A stretch of 64,000 nt of DNA from Cytophagales bacterium (GCA_020402945.1 JADBYQ010000010.1:631-64630); one strand, 5' to 3'. Shown: positions 9,910-20,336, counted from the stretch's first letter. A program made the numbers and translations. Notes: a model not told the origin generated them from the letters alone.

Positions 9910-10740
9910 CTATTTCCTTTTTATTGCCAACAGTGGGATCGTGCCCAGATAGGCCAAAGTCCGTGTGACGCTTTTTGCAAATAGCTTTTCTTCCAGACTT
10001 AACTTGTGGGTAAAGGTAGTAAGTAGGTCGGCCTTTGTTTGTTTGATGTACTGATCAATGGCTTTGGGAATATCGTCATCCAGGATGAGCTTAAAATCCA
10101 ATTTGTCGTATTGCGTTTTTTTGATAATTGCTTCTAAGGACATTTTTGCAGCCTCCACCTTTTTGTCCATTGAAGGCACCACATGTATCATATGAACAGA
10201 TGATCCATAAATACGCGCAAATTCTACCACAATATCTAGCTCCTTTTGTGTGTCTTTCAAATCAGTGGCATACACGATGTGCTGTAAATTTTTGTACTGT
10301 GCGAATTCTGGTATTGCCAACACCGGGCAAGTGCAATCGTCAATTACCGACACGGTGGTGCCACCTAATCTCGCCTTCTTTAACGCAGAGGCTCCCCGAG
10401 AGCCCATCACCACAATATTCGTTTTGTTTTTTTCTGTATAACGCTTCACCATCTCAGCCACGGTGTGCGAGCGAATCGCTTTAAATTCAATTTGATAATC
10501 GCCTTTGACTGTACTTCGCAACTCTTCTATTAAGTTCCGCCCCTCCTCCTCGGTAATCTGGATGAGCGATTTTTCGATTTGTTTCATCTTAAGGTTTGCC
10601 TTTGGAACGCCCTCAAATCGCACAATATTCAATATTGTGAATTCCGCCTTCACAGGTGCTGCCATACGAAGCGCATAGGAAATAGCCACTTTGGACAAAG
10701 GAGAGAAATCGGTAAGAAGGACAATTTTGGGTACTGCCAT
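9910..10740 (-). CDS. Universal stress protein (tandem USP domains)
   Basis: IVLLTDFS, VVMGSRGAS-GGTT-VID-CPVLAIP, and a second IVYATD domain. Confidence 0.9.
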   Translation of the reverse strand: MAVPKIVLLTDFSPLSKVAISYALRMAAPVKAEFTILNIVRFEGVPKANLKMKQIEKSLIQITEEEGRNLIEELRSTVKGDYQIEFKAIRSHTVAEMVKRYTEKNKTNIVVMGSRGASALKKARLGGTTVSVIDDCTCPVLAIPEFAQYKNLQHIVYATDLKDTQKELDIVVEFARIYGSSVHMIHVVPSMDKKVEAAKMSLEAIIKKTQYDKLDFKLILDDDIPKAIDQYIKQTKADLLTTFTHKLSLEEKLFAKSVTRTLAYLGTIPLLAIKRK

Positions 10741-10831
10741 ACGATTAGGTTATAATCAAAAATAAACCATTCATCGCCATTAAAAAAGCGATTAAGAATG
10801 TAAATTTCCAATTCAAATCAATAACAAACCG

Positions 10832-12052
10832 ATGTCAAAAAAATCACTTCTATTATTTTGCCTTGCCCTCCTTGCTTTAATTGGACAGGCACAAGTCAAT
10901 TCAACGCTTATTCGATCTCACATCAAAATTCTTTCAAGCGATTCCCTGGAAGGTCGTGGCACTGGAACAGCTGGAGAAAAACTGGCAATTGCCTACATCC
11001 AATCGCAATGGAATAAGATCGGGCTATTGCCAAAAGGCGATGGAAAGTTATTTACCCAAAAATTCACTTTCAAAGGCGGAATTCATGGAACCGGTGAAGA
11101 GGGGACAGCTTACAATCTGGTTGGATTCATTGATAACCAAGCCGCCAACACAATTGTAATTGGTGCACACTTCGATCACCTCGGCTTGGGAAATCAAGGC
11201 AGCTCGTTGGATGCGAATCCGCAAAATAAAATACATAATGGCGCAGATGACAATGCATCAGGTGTTGCTGGTGTGATCGAATTGGCGCGGTATTTCCAAA
11301 TGAATAAAATCAAAGAGTCAACCAATTTTCTGTTCATCTGCTTCAGTGGCGAAGAGCTAGGGCTTTACGGTTCCAAGTACTTCACCGAGAATCCAACAAT
11401 TGACTTGACAAAGGTGAACTACATGATCAATATGGATATGATTGGCCGATTAGATCCTCAATCGAAAAATCTGGCGGTGAGTGGAACAGGAACGAGTGCC
11501 GCGTGGGAACCTCTTCTTAAAAAACTATCATCCGAAAAACTGTTGATAAAGACCGATTCAGCCGGAGTTGGGCCTTCAGATCACACTTCCTTTTATCTCA
11601 AAAATATTCCGGTGCTACATTTTTTTACAGGCTCCCATAGCGACTACCACAAACCATCGGATGACGCAGAAAAAATAAATTATGAGGGCGAAAAAGAAAT
11701 TCTTGAATTGATTATTCGCTTGGTTGAAAATCTTGACAAGCAACCAAAGCTTACTTTCCTTGCTACCAAAAATAAGTCGATGGGGTCGGCTCGTGCTTTT
11801 AAAGTTACCATGGGTGTGATGCCCAGTTACACGTCTAGCGAAGAGGGACTGAAGGTAGATGGCGTAACCGAAGGAAAGCCTGCTCAAAAAGCTGGTATTG
11901 CGGCAGGCGATGTGATCGTTCAGATTGCATCTTATCAAATAAAAGATATCCAGAGTTATATGGATGCATTAGGCAAATTTGAAAAAGGACAAGTAGTGCC
12001 GGTAAAACTAAAAAGGGAGAAAGAAATTATTACACTCAACGTTACCTTTTAA
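10832..12052 (+). CDS. M28 family aminopeptidase with C-terminal PDZ domain
   Basis: IGAHFDH, GADDNASG, FSGEELGL, NMDMIG, SDH and DYHKPSD; C-terminal MGVMP...PAQKAGI-GDVI PDZ. Confidence 0.92.
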   Translation: MSKKSLLLFCLALLALIGQAQVNSTLIRSHIKILSSDSLEGRGTGTAGEKLAIAYIQSQWNKIGLLPKGDGKLFTQKFTFKGGIHGTGEEGTAYNLVGFIDNQAANTIVIGAHFDHLGLGNQGSSLDANPQNKIHNGADDNASGVAGVIELARYFQMNKIKESTNFLFICFSGEELGLYGSKYFTENPTIDLTKVNYMINMDMIGRLDPQSKNLAVSGTGTSAAWEPLLKKLSSEKLLIKTDSAGVGPSDHTSFYLKNIPVLHFFTGSHSDYHKPSDDAEKINYEGEKEILELIIRLVENLDKQPKLTFLATKNKSMGSARAFKVTMGVMPSYTSSEEGLKVDGVTEGKPAQKAGIAAGDVIVQIASYQIKDIQSYMDALGKFEKGQVVPVKLKREKEIITLNVTF

Positions 12053-12074
12053 CGAGTTCAAACACGCGTAAATT

Positions 12075-12248
12075 GGGTGTATTTCAAATTATCGCAGTTA
12101 TTTTCTTCATTGCCCTCACCCATTTGAATTCTTCCATTCCTTATAGCTTGTAAGTCCCTCTCCCGAGGGAGAGGGGATGATGAACTGCGTGAACGTAGGA
12201 CCTCAATGGGGTGAGGGTAGAAAAGGCGCGTCAATTTGAAATACACCC
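12075..12248. mobile_element. MITE-like non-autonomous foldback element, 174 bp
   Basis: Perfect 16 bp terminal inverted repeats GGGTGTATTTCAAATT (12075-12090) and AATTTGAAATACACCC (12233-12248); identical 8 bp flanks CGTAAATT (12067-12074, 12249-12256); central hairpin CCCTCTCCC-GA-GGGAGAGGG (12156-12175). Confidence 0.85.
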
Positions 12249-12296
12249 CGTAAATTTGGAAGTTTGACAATCATTTTTAAAATCCATTTCTGACTC

Positions 12297-12304
12297 TATT
12301 TTTG
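12297..12304 (+). promoter_or_regulatory. Bacteroidota sigma-70 -7 element upstream of yebC
   Basis: TATTTTTG matches TAnnTTTG, 28 nt before the ATG. Confidence 0.55.
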
Positions 12305-12332
12305 CAGAAGAAAACAATCAATACAATTTGAC

Positions 12333-13040
12333 ATGGGACGCGTATTTGAAAAGAGAAAACATACCATGTTCGCTCGTTTTGACCGAATGGCCAAAGCGTT
12401 TACGCGAATAGGAAAAGATATTGCCATGGCCGTGAAAGCCAATGGCCCCAACCCAGATAACAATCCCAAGCTTCGAATGGCGATTCGAAATGCAAAGGGT
12501 GCGAATATGCCGAAAGATCGGGTTGATGCAGCTATCAAACGCGCATCTTCCAAAGAAGAAAAAGATTTTCAGGAAATAGTGTATGAAGGCTATGCCCCAC
12601 ACGGAGTGCCAGTGTTGGTAGAATGTGCTACTGACAATCCGACCCGAACGGTGGCAAATATCCGGTTGCAGTTCTCCAAAAATCATGGCACCATGGGCAA
12701 CTCCGGATCTGTCTCATTTATGTTTGAACGAAAGGGAGTATTTAAATTCGAACCATCTAAATTAAACTTAGATGAACTAGAATTAGACTTGATCGATGCT
12801 GGTGCGGAAGATATTCAACGGGACGCGGAAGAGACTGTCATCTACACCAAATTCACTGAGTTTGGCCATATGTCTAAATTCCTGGAATCTAAGAAGCTGG
12901 AGGCGAAAAGCTCTGAACTCAATTACATTCCCAACAGCACGAAAGAACTAACGGAGGCTGAGCAAGATGAGGTACTCAAGTGCATCGAAGCACTGGAAGC
13001 AGATGATGACGTGCAGAACGTTTATCATAATCTCGCTTAA
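12333..13040 (+). CDS. yebC: YebC/PmpR family DNA-binding transcriptional regulator
   Basis: MGRVFEKRK, NPKLRMAI-NAKGANMPKDRV, YEGYAPHGV, TDNPTRT and DDDVQNVYHN. Confidence 0.95.
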   Translation: MGRVFEKRKHTMFARFDRMAKAFTRIGKDIAMAVKANGPNPDNNPKLRMAIRNAKGANMPKDRVDAAIKRASSKEEKDFQEIVYEGYAPHGVPVLVECATDNPTRTVANIRLQFSKNHGTMGNSGSVSFMFERKGVFKFEPSKLNLDELELDLIDAGAEDIQRDAEETVIYTKFTEFGHMSKFLESKKLEAKSSELNYIPNSTKELTEAEQDEVLKCIEALEADDDVQNVYHNLA

Positions 13041-13049
13041 TAGATCAGT

Positions 13050-14279
13050 CGGAGAAAGTTTAATTTTTCTTCTTAGATAAAACGTCCAATTGACTTCCCT
13101 AGTGAGGTTGTCGTCTACCATACGATTATTGTATTGCTGTATAAGGGCTCTCAACCTTGCTTGCATCTCAGAAACCGTATCCGGTGGTACGTTCATTTCA
13201 TTATTCTTTAGAAATGGATCCGCTTTAAAATCAAAGAGCGCGATTGAATTCTGTCCATCAAATTGAAGAAGATAGTTCCCTTGAAAAAACTGGTAGGTAT
13301 TGTTTAGATAATTGAAGGCAAAAGGGCGGTCCTTGGAGCTAAATACATCGCGCCCAAACGCAACGTAGGGCTGATCATAACCCAAATAACCTAAGATGGA
13401 AGGCAAAATATCAACCTGCTGAACTAACTCATCCTTCATACCCATATCTTCTCGCCCCGGTTTATAAAAAATTAGGGGAATTGAAAAATAACCCCATACT
13501 GTATTGTATTGCGGATATTGAATTTCTTCAGTAGCATGATCTGCAGTGATCACAAATAGCGTATTTTTAAACCAATCCGCCTTAGCCGCTGTTTGAAAGA
13601 AACGCTTGAGCGCCCAATCTGAATATTCAATTGATCTATAAATCGGGAGTGAGCCGCCTTTAAATTTATCTTGATATTCTTCTGGCAACTGGTAAGGATG
13701 GTGAGAATACACCGTAAACAAGGTGGTAAAAAAAGGTTGCTTGAACTCACTCATCTTTTTGGGATAGTAATGAAGAAACTTCTCGTCCCAAATTCCCCAT
13801 ATCCCATCAAAGTCATCGTCATTACCATATTCACCTTTTCCAAAATAGTCGGCAAAACCACTTTGGTTGGCAAATGCATCAAAGCCCATTGATCCGTTGA
13901 AAGCGCCATGAAAAAAGGTAGTCTAATATGCTTTTTCCTTTAACAGAATCGGGAGGCTATTCAATTTGTTTCCCGAAAAATGCGAGAGCACATAAGGCAC
14001 TTCAATGGATGGAACAAAGCATATCGCAGAAAGCATTGCGTCAATCAGCTTGCGACCATTTGCCATTGAATACTTGAATGATCGGCTATGTGAAATACAG
14101 GCCACCCGCGGCAATGGTGAAGAATCGGTTGGCATCCATGCCCTGAGAAAACGCCCTGTTAAAAAGAAAAAAACTACTTTACTCGAAGAATAGAGTGCCC
14201 TGATTAACAATCTGCTGAGAACCAAAGCTAGATAGCTATTGCCACGAAGCTTGACTCGCCAAAATTGGCCAAAAGACAT
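13050..14279 (-). pseudogene. LTA-synthase/sulfatase family protein, decayed; the 3' end is approximate
   Basis: The family-like sequence FFHGAFNGSMGF...LFTVYSHHP...YSDWAL...VITADH is present. There is an in-frame TAG at 13923-13925 (KEKAY*TTFFHG), an apparent frameshift at the A7 run 14167-14173, and an N-terminal membrane segment joined directly to the catalytic domain near 14092-14096. Confidence 0.8.
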
Positions 14280-14385
14280 GATCGCAACATGGATTTGAAA
14301 CTGGCAAAATAGTGTAAACAGGCAAAAAAAGGACACAATGATTTCAGTATTTGTCTTAGTTTTGTTAATGAAGAAATATTGAAAA

Positions 14386-15330
14386 ATGGCCAAAAGTCTT
14401 CATTTTGAAGCTAAGAAATCAATCTTTGCAACAACGGTTGCTAAAGCAACCTTCTTGTTTGCGCTGGTTCTCTGCAATTCTCACACAAATGCCCAAGACG
14501 TAAAGGCTTTCGGAATCTACGGTGGGTTCAATTTCCCAATAACCCTAGACGAAGGACTTTCTAAAGATCTACGCTATTTTGGTCAGTTAACTTTTCGAGC
14601 TACGCCCATTGGGTTTTCTTATGGCTATGATAAAGTGGGTTTCGGCTACGTGCTTACACCCTGCTACCTGCAAGTCGGGCAGCAGTTCAGTATCAAGAAT
14701 TCGATTGGCGGAGACATCGGAACGCGCGATATTCAAATGGATTATATCAGTCTACCAGTAGCATTAAAACTCCATGTCAACGATATGGCTTTTTTCCGGA
14801 TGAGCGCGGTACTGGGTCTAAACATCAACTACTTGTTAAATGGCCGCGAAACAATTACCCATGCAGCATCAAAAGTAATTTATCCAGCTGGAATTACTAT
14901 CCCGACAGATCCAGCTTACTTACCTGTATACGATGGCGTATTCATCCCTTCGGTAAATAATTTAGAGTACGTTTCCAATGACAAATTTAATTCAATCCAA
15001 CTTTTTGCGGCATTAGGACTGCGCTCTGACTTCGATTTGAATGACGACTGGAGTATTAATTTTGACGGACGAGCAAACTTTGGACTTTTCGACTCACGCC
15101 AGGCTAGTTATGTTAATCAACTCAAGAACCCATCAGGAGGCGCAGACTTCAACGGAAACCCTGGAGCACCCGATCTTCCTGGTCAAAGGCGGGAGATTTA
15201 CTTAGCCGTTAGCATAGGAGTATCAAGAATCATACAAACAAAAAATAAGTTTAAAACAAAAAGAACGGGCATTACCAATCGAGGAGCCAAAAACATCCCC
15301 AGACCTCGCAATAAGAGGCCAAAGGGTTAA
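14386..15330 (+). CDS. Outer-membrane beta-barrel protein (PorT/OMP_b-brl-like)
   Basis: Signal peptide, FGIYGGFNF, MDYISLPVALK, DGRANFGLFD alternating strands; basic C-terminal tail. Confidence 0.7.
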   Translation: MAKSLHFEAKKSIFATTVAKATFLFALVLCNSHTNAQDVKAFGIYGGFNFPITLDEGLSKDLRYFGQLTFRATPIGFSYGYDKVGFGYVLTPCYLQVGQQFSIKNSIGGDIGTRDIQMDYISLPVALKLHVNDMAFFRMSAVLGLNINYLLNGRETITHAASKVIYPAGITIPTDPAYLPVYDGVFIPSVNNLEYVSNDKFNSIQLFAALGLRSDFDLNDDWSINFDGRANFGLFDSRQASYVNQLKNPSGGADFNGNPGAPDLPGQRREIYLAVSIGVSRIIQTKNKFKTKRTGITNRGAKNIPRPRNKRPKG

Positions 15331-15370
15331 TATTTCAGAGTCTGAAGAAAAATAATAGTAACTATTTTTA

Positions 15371-15808
15371 CTATGAAATTAAGAAAGCGACTCGTTTCAT
15401 TGCTTCCTCATGCCCTTGCCCGTGCAGAATATTACTTTGGATAGTATCCATCAATTCTTTGACCCTATCTCGGTTGTAGCCAAGTTTTACAGCAAATATG
15501 TGAGATAGCTTCAACTCTTCGCTGTTCACATTTTTATCGATAGTCATCATATGAACTAGATCATATAGTTGATGGAATTTTTCGGTTGGATCGGTTGGAA
15601 CTTCAAATATGACTTTGTTCGGGTTCTTTCGAATTTCCGTTAATTGCCCCTCGCTAATCCCATTCCTTTTCGCGATTGACTTCAGTAAATCATACTCTAC
15701 ATCATCAAAATTTCCGTCAATAGCGGCCATTTCAATGAGGTTTTTCATGTGGCTTTTAGCCGTGGATTTACCCTGACTAAAAGCACTCAACAAGTCTTTT
15801 AAATTCAT
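15371..15808 (-). CDS. TerB-family (tellurite resistance-like) protein
   Basis: KSHMKNLIEMAAIDG...EYDLLKSIAKRNGI...LYDLVHMMTIDK pattern. Confidence 0.75.
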   Translation of the reverse strand: MNLKDLLSAFSQGKSTAKSHMKNLIEMAAIDGNFDDVEYDLLKSIAKRNGISEGQLTEIRKNPNKVIFEVPTDPTEKFHQLYDLVHMMTIDKNVNSEELKLSHIFAVKLGYNRDRVKELMDTIQSNILHGQGHEEAMKRVAFLIS

Positions 15809-15883
15809 GTGAATCTGGTTTATGATAATAAAAATACTCGATTTTTTACAAAATCAAACAGAATTGATCCATGGGGTGAATTT

Positions 15884-16918
15884 TTATTTACTGAAGGTTT
15901 TGCGGGCAGCTGTAAACGCTTCAAACAGAGTCAACTGGTTTCTATTGCGTGCAAGATTCTGGCCTTCAAATTGAGCCCCGTAATAAACGTCATTATTCAG
16001 ATAATCTGTCAAAAAACGCAGTGCCTGCATATAAATCAAGAATTGCCCGGCCAAGAAAAATGAGTTTTGCTCGTCTTTGGACAATGCACCTTTCATCTCG
16101 TCCGAATATCCTTGCACAATGGCATGGTAGAACATAGGTCTGACCTCGATTTTGGAGAAATCCGTTTCCTCTTCGTTGGTCGGTGACAAATACGTTCGCA
16201 TCATATCGCCCACATCGCTAAAGAAGTAGCCCGGCATTACGGTATCCAAGTCGATTACGCAAATGCCTTTATTGTCCAGATCGAACAACACGTTGCTGAT
16301 TTTAGTATCATGGTGAGTGACGCGCAGTTTGAATGCTGGATTCATGCGGATGCGATTGTATTCATCCACTAAGTTCGCGTAACTCCTTATTTGATTTATC
16401 TCTTCGGAACATGCGCTTACCCTTTGTGGATTCCCAGTTAGAAGCGCATTCTCAAATTGTTTGTAGCGATACGCCAAGTCATGAAAATTGGGAATCGTGA
16501 CGTGAAGCTGTGCGGCATCGAAATCAGAAAAACTACTAGAGAATCTTCCAAACTGTAGCGCGGCTTCGTAGGCCTGTTCGGGTGTTTCAACTACTTGTAT
16601 GGTCTTAGAGTTTTTAACAAACGGAGTGAGTCTGAAGTACCCCTTGCCCGTTTCGTAAGCTAACTCTTCGCCACTTTCTGTTTTAATTGCCGATACCAGA
16701 AAATAGTCAGACTCGATTGCCGTTAGATGATCTGCCAGCAAGCGAACATTAGTGGCGATTTTCCCAGGCTCTTTAAAAACGTTATCGTTGATGCGTTGAA
16801 GAATGAAGTTCTTCCCTTTTGCTGTTACCTTCCACGTTTGGTTAATCAATCCACCCGAAATTACTTCTAAGGAAGCGTTTTGAAATTGGGGGCTATACTG
16901 TTGAAGGATGCTGTTCAT
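15884..16918 (-). CDS. Aminoglycoside-phosphotransferase-family kinase (N-acetylhexosamine kinase-like)
   Basis: GGLINQTW, FILQRIN, VTHHDTKISNVLF, VIDLDTVMPG and LRFLTDYLNNDVYY. Confidence 0.85.
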   Translation of the reverse strand: MNSILQQYSPQFQNASLEVISGGLINQTWKVTAKGKNFILQRINDNVFKEPGKIATNVRLLADHLTAIESDYFLVSAIKTESGEELAYETGKGYFRLTPFVKNSKTIQVVETPEQAYEAALQFGRFSSSFSDFDAAQLHVTIPNFHDLAYRYKQFENALLTGNPQRVSACSEEINQIRSYANLVDEYNRIRMNPAFKLRVTHHDTKISNVLFDLDNKGICVIDLDTVMPGYFFSDVGDMMRTYLSPTNEEETDFSKIEVRPMFYHAIVQGYSDEMKGALSKDEQNSFFLAGQFLIYMQALRFLTDYLNNDVYYGAQFEGQNLARNRNQLTLFEAFTAARKTFSK

Positions 16919-17017
16919 ACACTAATTCACACAATGGCGTTAACCAAATCTTAGCCTATCCTAAAAATCCGCTGTCAGGTTGAATATAAAAATATTAATT
17001 CAGACACGTCCAGAAAC

Positions 17018-17049
17018 AAAATTGAGCCACTTATATGTGGCTCAATTTT
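17018..17049 (-). terminator. Rho-independent terminator (possibly bidirectional) after the VPS10-like gene
   Basis: AAAATTGAGCCAC-TTATAT-GTGGCTCAATTTT, a perfect 13 bp inverted repeat. Confidence 0.8.
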
Positions 17050-17069
17050 ATTGCATACAAGACTAAACT

Positions 17070-20000
17070 TTAGTTTCGCTTCAGCGGCTGGTAATTCTTG
17101 AAAGGAGATATGCTTACTTTTTCCATCAGTGTACGATACCCCGGCCAGGTTTTCTCATAAAAGAGATTGACCCGTTGCATCAGTTTATTGATTTGCTGCT
17201 CCGCCTGTTGAAATACCCGTTGATCGGTAGCGCTAATTGCATCTTTAGATGATCTTATAAAAGACTGAGCTGTCCCCACATAAGAAAGGGGCGTGGGTGT
17301 AGGCTGGCGTACAATGCCCTGTCGTTTGTCCTCTTTACCAACAATATAATCCATCAGTGCGCCAATTGAATCCTTAATCGCCTTTGTTTTTTCTGTCGCT
17401 TCTTTCAAATCATCTCTTTTTGCTTCCTTCATCTTCTTTTCAAATTCCTCAGCGATTTCTTTCGATTCGCGCAACTGATTCATTGCCTCGGTGCCAACTG
17501 CAGTCATTTTTTGTAAATCCTTCAGCAAATTATAGCGTTCTTCAATAACTGAAGATGGCGTTGCATACCGAGGGTCAGGTTTTACATTAATCATTGCCGA
17601 ATCTTTCGCACCACCAAAGGTTATTCTAAGCTTGTAGGCACCAGGCAGTACTTGTGTACCTGATGGCTCTGCAGCTCCGGCTTTTGCCTTTTCCCTAGAT
17701 GGCTGGCGAACACCTTTCTCATTCAGCGACCAAGTAGTACGATTAAGCCCGTTGTCTTCCGGGGCTTTTTGTTTAATGGTTCGGATTTTCTCACCCTTAC
17801 CATTGAATACTTCAAGTGTTAGCGAATCATACTTTGGCTTTTTGTCATCCTTCGTGTCCTCCTTTTTTTCGTCCTTCTTGTCAACCGGTTTCGCGTCTTT
17901 CTTTGCGTCAACTTTCTTAACGTCTGATTTTAGCTCGTCTTTCTTTACTTCCGGCTTATTGATCACAAAGGAAATCATCGCGTTTGTTGTCCGGTTTTCT
18001 CCTTGAAACATGGCATTGCCGGGGAACAAAATTCCAGCAGGATCCTGTGTTTCTACCTGGTAGGCGTCTGGCGCGTCAAAAACATGTACTATCTTATTCA
18101 AAACCTGTATTCCTTCCTTTACCATCTCACGTAGTGGACGAATATCATCGAGGATATAAAGGGCACGGCCAAAAGTACCGATTGCCAAATCGTGCTCACG
18201 TGGATGAATGACCAAATCCATGGTAGGTACTCCGGCAGGGTAGCCGTTTGTCCAACGTGTGTACGTCTTGCCTTCATCTAAAGTAACCCACAACCCATTT
18301 TCTGTTCCCAGGAAAATAAGTTTAGGTTCCACCACGTCTTGCACCACAGCGAGTGTGTAATTGTTCTCTCCCACTTGCGATGGCGTTATTATGTTTTCCC
18401 AGGTTTGGCCGTAGTCTTTGGAACGAAACAAATACGGCTTGAAATCAAACTGTCTGTAGTTGTTTACCACCACGAATACTTCGGCTGCATTGTAAGTAGA
18501 AGCTTGTATCTGTGGTATCCAGGCGCCTTTGGGCATTCCAGTAATTTTAGAGGTCAGGTTAGTCCACGTTTTCCCTCCATCTCTCGACAGTTGCACTTGT
18601 CCATCATCAGTACCTACCCACAACACACCTTTTTCTTTCGGGCTGGGCGCTATGGCTAAAATCGTGCAATGATTTTCAGCACCAGTGGCATCCATCGTGA
18701 TCCCTCCGCTCTCATGTTGTTTTTGTTTTTCCTTATCATCAGTTGTCAAGTCCCCTGAAATGATCTCCCAGGTTGTTCCTTTGTCGCTAGACTTGTGAAC
18801 AAATTGACTTCCATAATAAATGGTTCCCTTATCAAAAGGATCGAGGGCTAGTGCTGAATTCCAATTGAACCTCAACTTAAATGTAGCATCCGGATGAGTG
18901 GGTCGAATAATTTTTGTGTGACCAGTCTTGCGATCATATCTTCCAAGAAATCCTCCTTGTGACATGGCATAGCCGTATCGGTTATCTTCCGGGTCGGCTT
19001 GCACGTCAAAGCCATCGCCAAACATAACTGCTTGCCAATACGTGTTTTGGATTCCACCGTCTTTCCAGGTATAAGCTGGGCCAACCCATGAGCCGTTATC
19101 CTGTAATCCTCCGTACACATTATAGGGCTGATCCATGTCCACACTCACATGGTAAAACTGACCGACCGGTATGTTCTCTACGAAACGCCAATTCTTTCCA
19201 TAATCATGAGTGATGTTTAATCCGCCATCATTGCCGTCAACCATAAAAGAAGGGTCTTCCGGACTGATCCACCATGCGTGGTGATCGGGGTGAACACCTG
19301 AATACGGCAATAATTTTTGAAACGATTTGCCGCCATCTTCACTCACGTTCACTTCAGAATAAATGGTGTACAGTCTGTTTTCGTTTTTAGGATCGGCATG
19401 AATCTCGCAATAGTAAAAAGGTCGATCACCAATTTCACTCATCTTGTCATTGATCATCGACCACTTGAACCCACCATCGGTAGATCTATAGAGTGCATTT
19501 TTTTTGTTTTCGATAAGTGCATAGACCACGTCTGGTTTGTTGGCAGAAATAGCTAAGCCCATGCGGCCCAGCTCTCCTTCAGGCAATCCGTCTTTGTCTG
19601 TTTTCTTTGTCCATGTTTTGCCACCATCAAAAGTGATATGAAGACCAGAACCCGGGCCTCCTGACTTAAATGTCCACGGCCAACGTTTGTGTTGCCACAT
19701 GGCTGCGATCAATTTATTCGGATTTGATGGATCCATGATCAGCTCTGCGCAACCTGTTTTGTCATCCACAAACAAAACCCTTTCCCAGTTTGCTCCGCCA
19801 TCAACAGTTTTGTAAACACCGCGCTCAGGATGTTCGCCCCAAGGGGAACCAATAGCCGCCACATAAACCACATTTGAATTTCTCGGATCAATAATAATTC
19901 GGTGTATGTTCCGCGTTTTTTCCAAGCCCATCACTTTCCAATTCTTGCCTCCGTCCAGACTTCTATAAATGCCATAGCCACCGTTCAAACTATTTCGTGG

Positions 20001-20336
20001 GTTACCTTCACCGGTTCCAACCCACAATACAGATGGATTATCTTGTTGAATGGCAATAGCGCCAATCGAAAGAACGTTTTCTTTGTCGAAAATGGGTTCC
20101 CAATTGATGCCTCCACTTGTTGTTTTCCAGAGACCACCAGATGCAGACCCAGCATACATAATGTCAGTGTTGTTGCGAACCACATCGATTGAGGTAATCC
20201 GCCCGCTCATGCCGCCCGGCCCAATGGAACGGGGCTTCATGCCCTTTAACTTTTCCATATCAAGCTTCTGTGCAAACGCAGCCTGGCTAAAAAGCCCTAT
20301 CGCAAGGGCAAAAAGAAAGAGTAATTTTTTTCTCAT
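17070..20336 (-). CDS. Secreted VPS10/BNR-repeat glycosyl-hydrolase-like protein
   Basis: Signal peptide, RSIGPGGMSGRI, many S/TxDGGxTW Asp-boxes, HPDHHAWWI and GGLQDNGSW. Confidence 0.85.
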   Translation of the reverse strand: MRKKLLFLFALAIGLFSQAAFAQKLDMEKLKGMKPRSIGPGGMSGRITSIDVVRNNTDIMYAGSASGGLWKTTSGGINWEPIFDKENVLSIGAIAIQQDNPSVLWVGTGEGNPRNSLNGGYGIYRSLDGGKNWKVMGLEKTRNIHRIIIDPRNSNVVYVAAIGSPWGEHPERGVYKTVDGGANWERVLFVDDKTGCAELIMDPSNPNKLIAAMWQHKRWPWTFKSGGPGSGLHITFDGGKTWTKKTDKDGLPEGELGRMGLAISANKPDVVYALIENKKNALYRSTDGGFKWSMINDKMSEIGDRPFYYCEIHADPKNENRLYTIYSEVNVSEDGGKSFQKLLPYSGVHPDHHAWWISPEDPSFMVDGNDGGLNITHDYGKNWRFVENIPVGQFYHVSVDMDQPYNVYGGLQDNGSWVGPAYTWKDGGIQNTYWQAVMFGDGFDVQADPEDNRYGYAMSQGGFLGRYDRKTGHTKIIRPTHPDATFKLRFNWNSALALDPFDKGTIYYGSQFVHKSSDKGTTWEIISGDLTTDDKEKQKQHESGGITMDATGAENHCTILAIAPSPKEKGVLWVGTDDGQVQLSRDGGKTWTNLTSKITGMPKGAWIPQIQASTYNAAEVFVVVNNYRQFDFKPYLFRSKDYGQTWENIITPSQVGENNYTLAVVQDVVEPKLIFLGTENGLWVTLDEGKTYTRWTNGYPAGVPTMDLVIHPREHDLAIGTFGRALYILDDIRPLREMVKEGIQVLNKIVHVFDAPDAYQVETQDPAGILFPGNAMFQGENRTTNAMISFVINKPEVKKDELKSDVKKVDAKKDAKPVDKKDEKKEDTKDDKKPKYDSLTLEVFNGKGEKIRTIKQKAPEDNGLNRTTWSLNEKGVRQPSREKAKAGAAEPSGTQVLPGAYKLRITFGGAKDSAMINVKPDPRYATPSSVIEERYNLLKDLQKMTAVGTEAMNQLRESKEIAEEFEKKMKEAKRDDLKEATEKTKAIKDSIGALMDYIVGKEDKRQGIVRQPTPTPLSYVGTAQSFIRSSKDAISATDQRVFQQAEQQINKLMQRVNLFYEKTWPGYRTLMEKVSISPFKNYQPLKRN

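Noticed and set aside
12058-12270. 70 aa ORF between the M28 gene and yebC
   Set aside because: It coincides with the palindromic MITE-like element; SPLPRER is simply the translation of the hairpin.
17840-17960. Lys/Asp/Glu-rich insert in the VPS10-like protein
   Set aside because: Low-complexity linker with no repeat boundaries or mobile signature.
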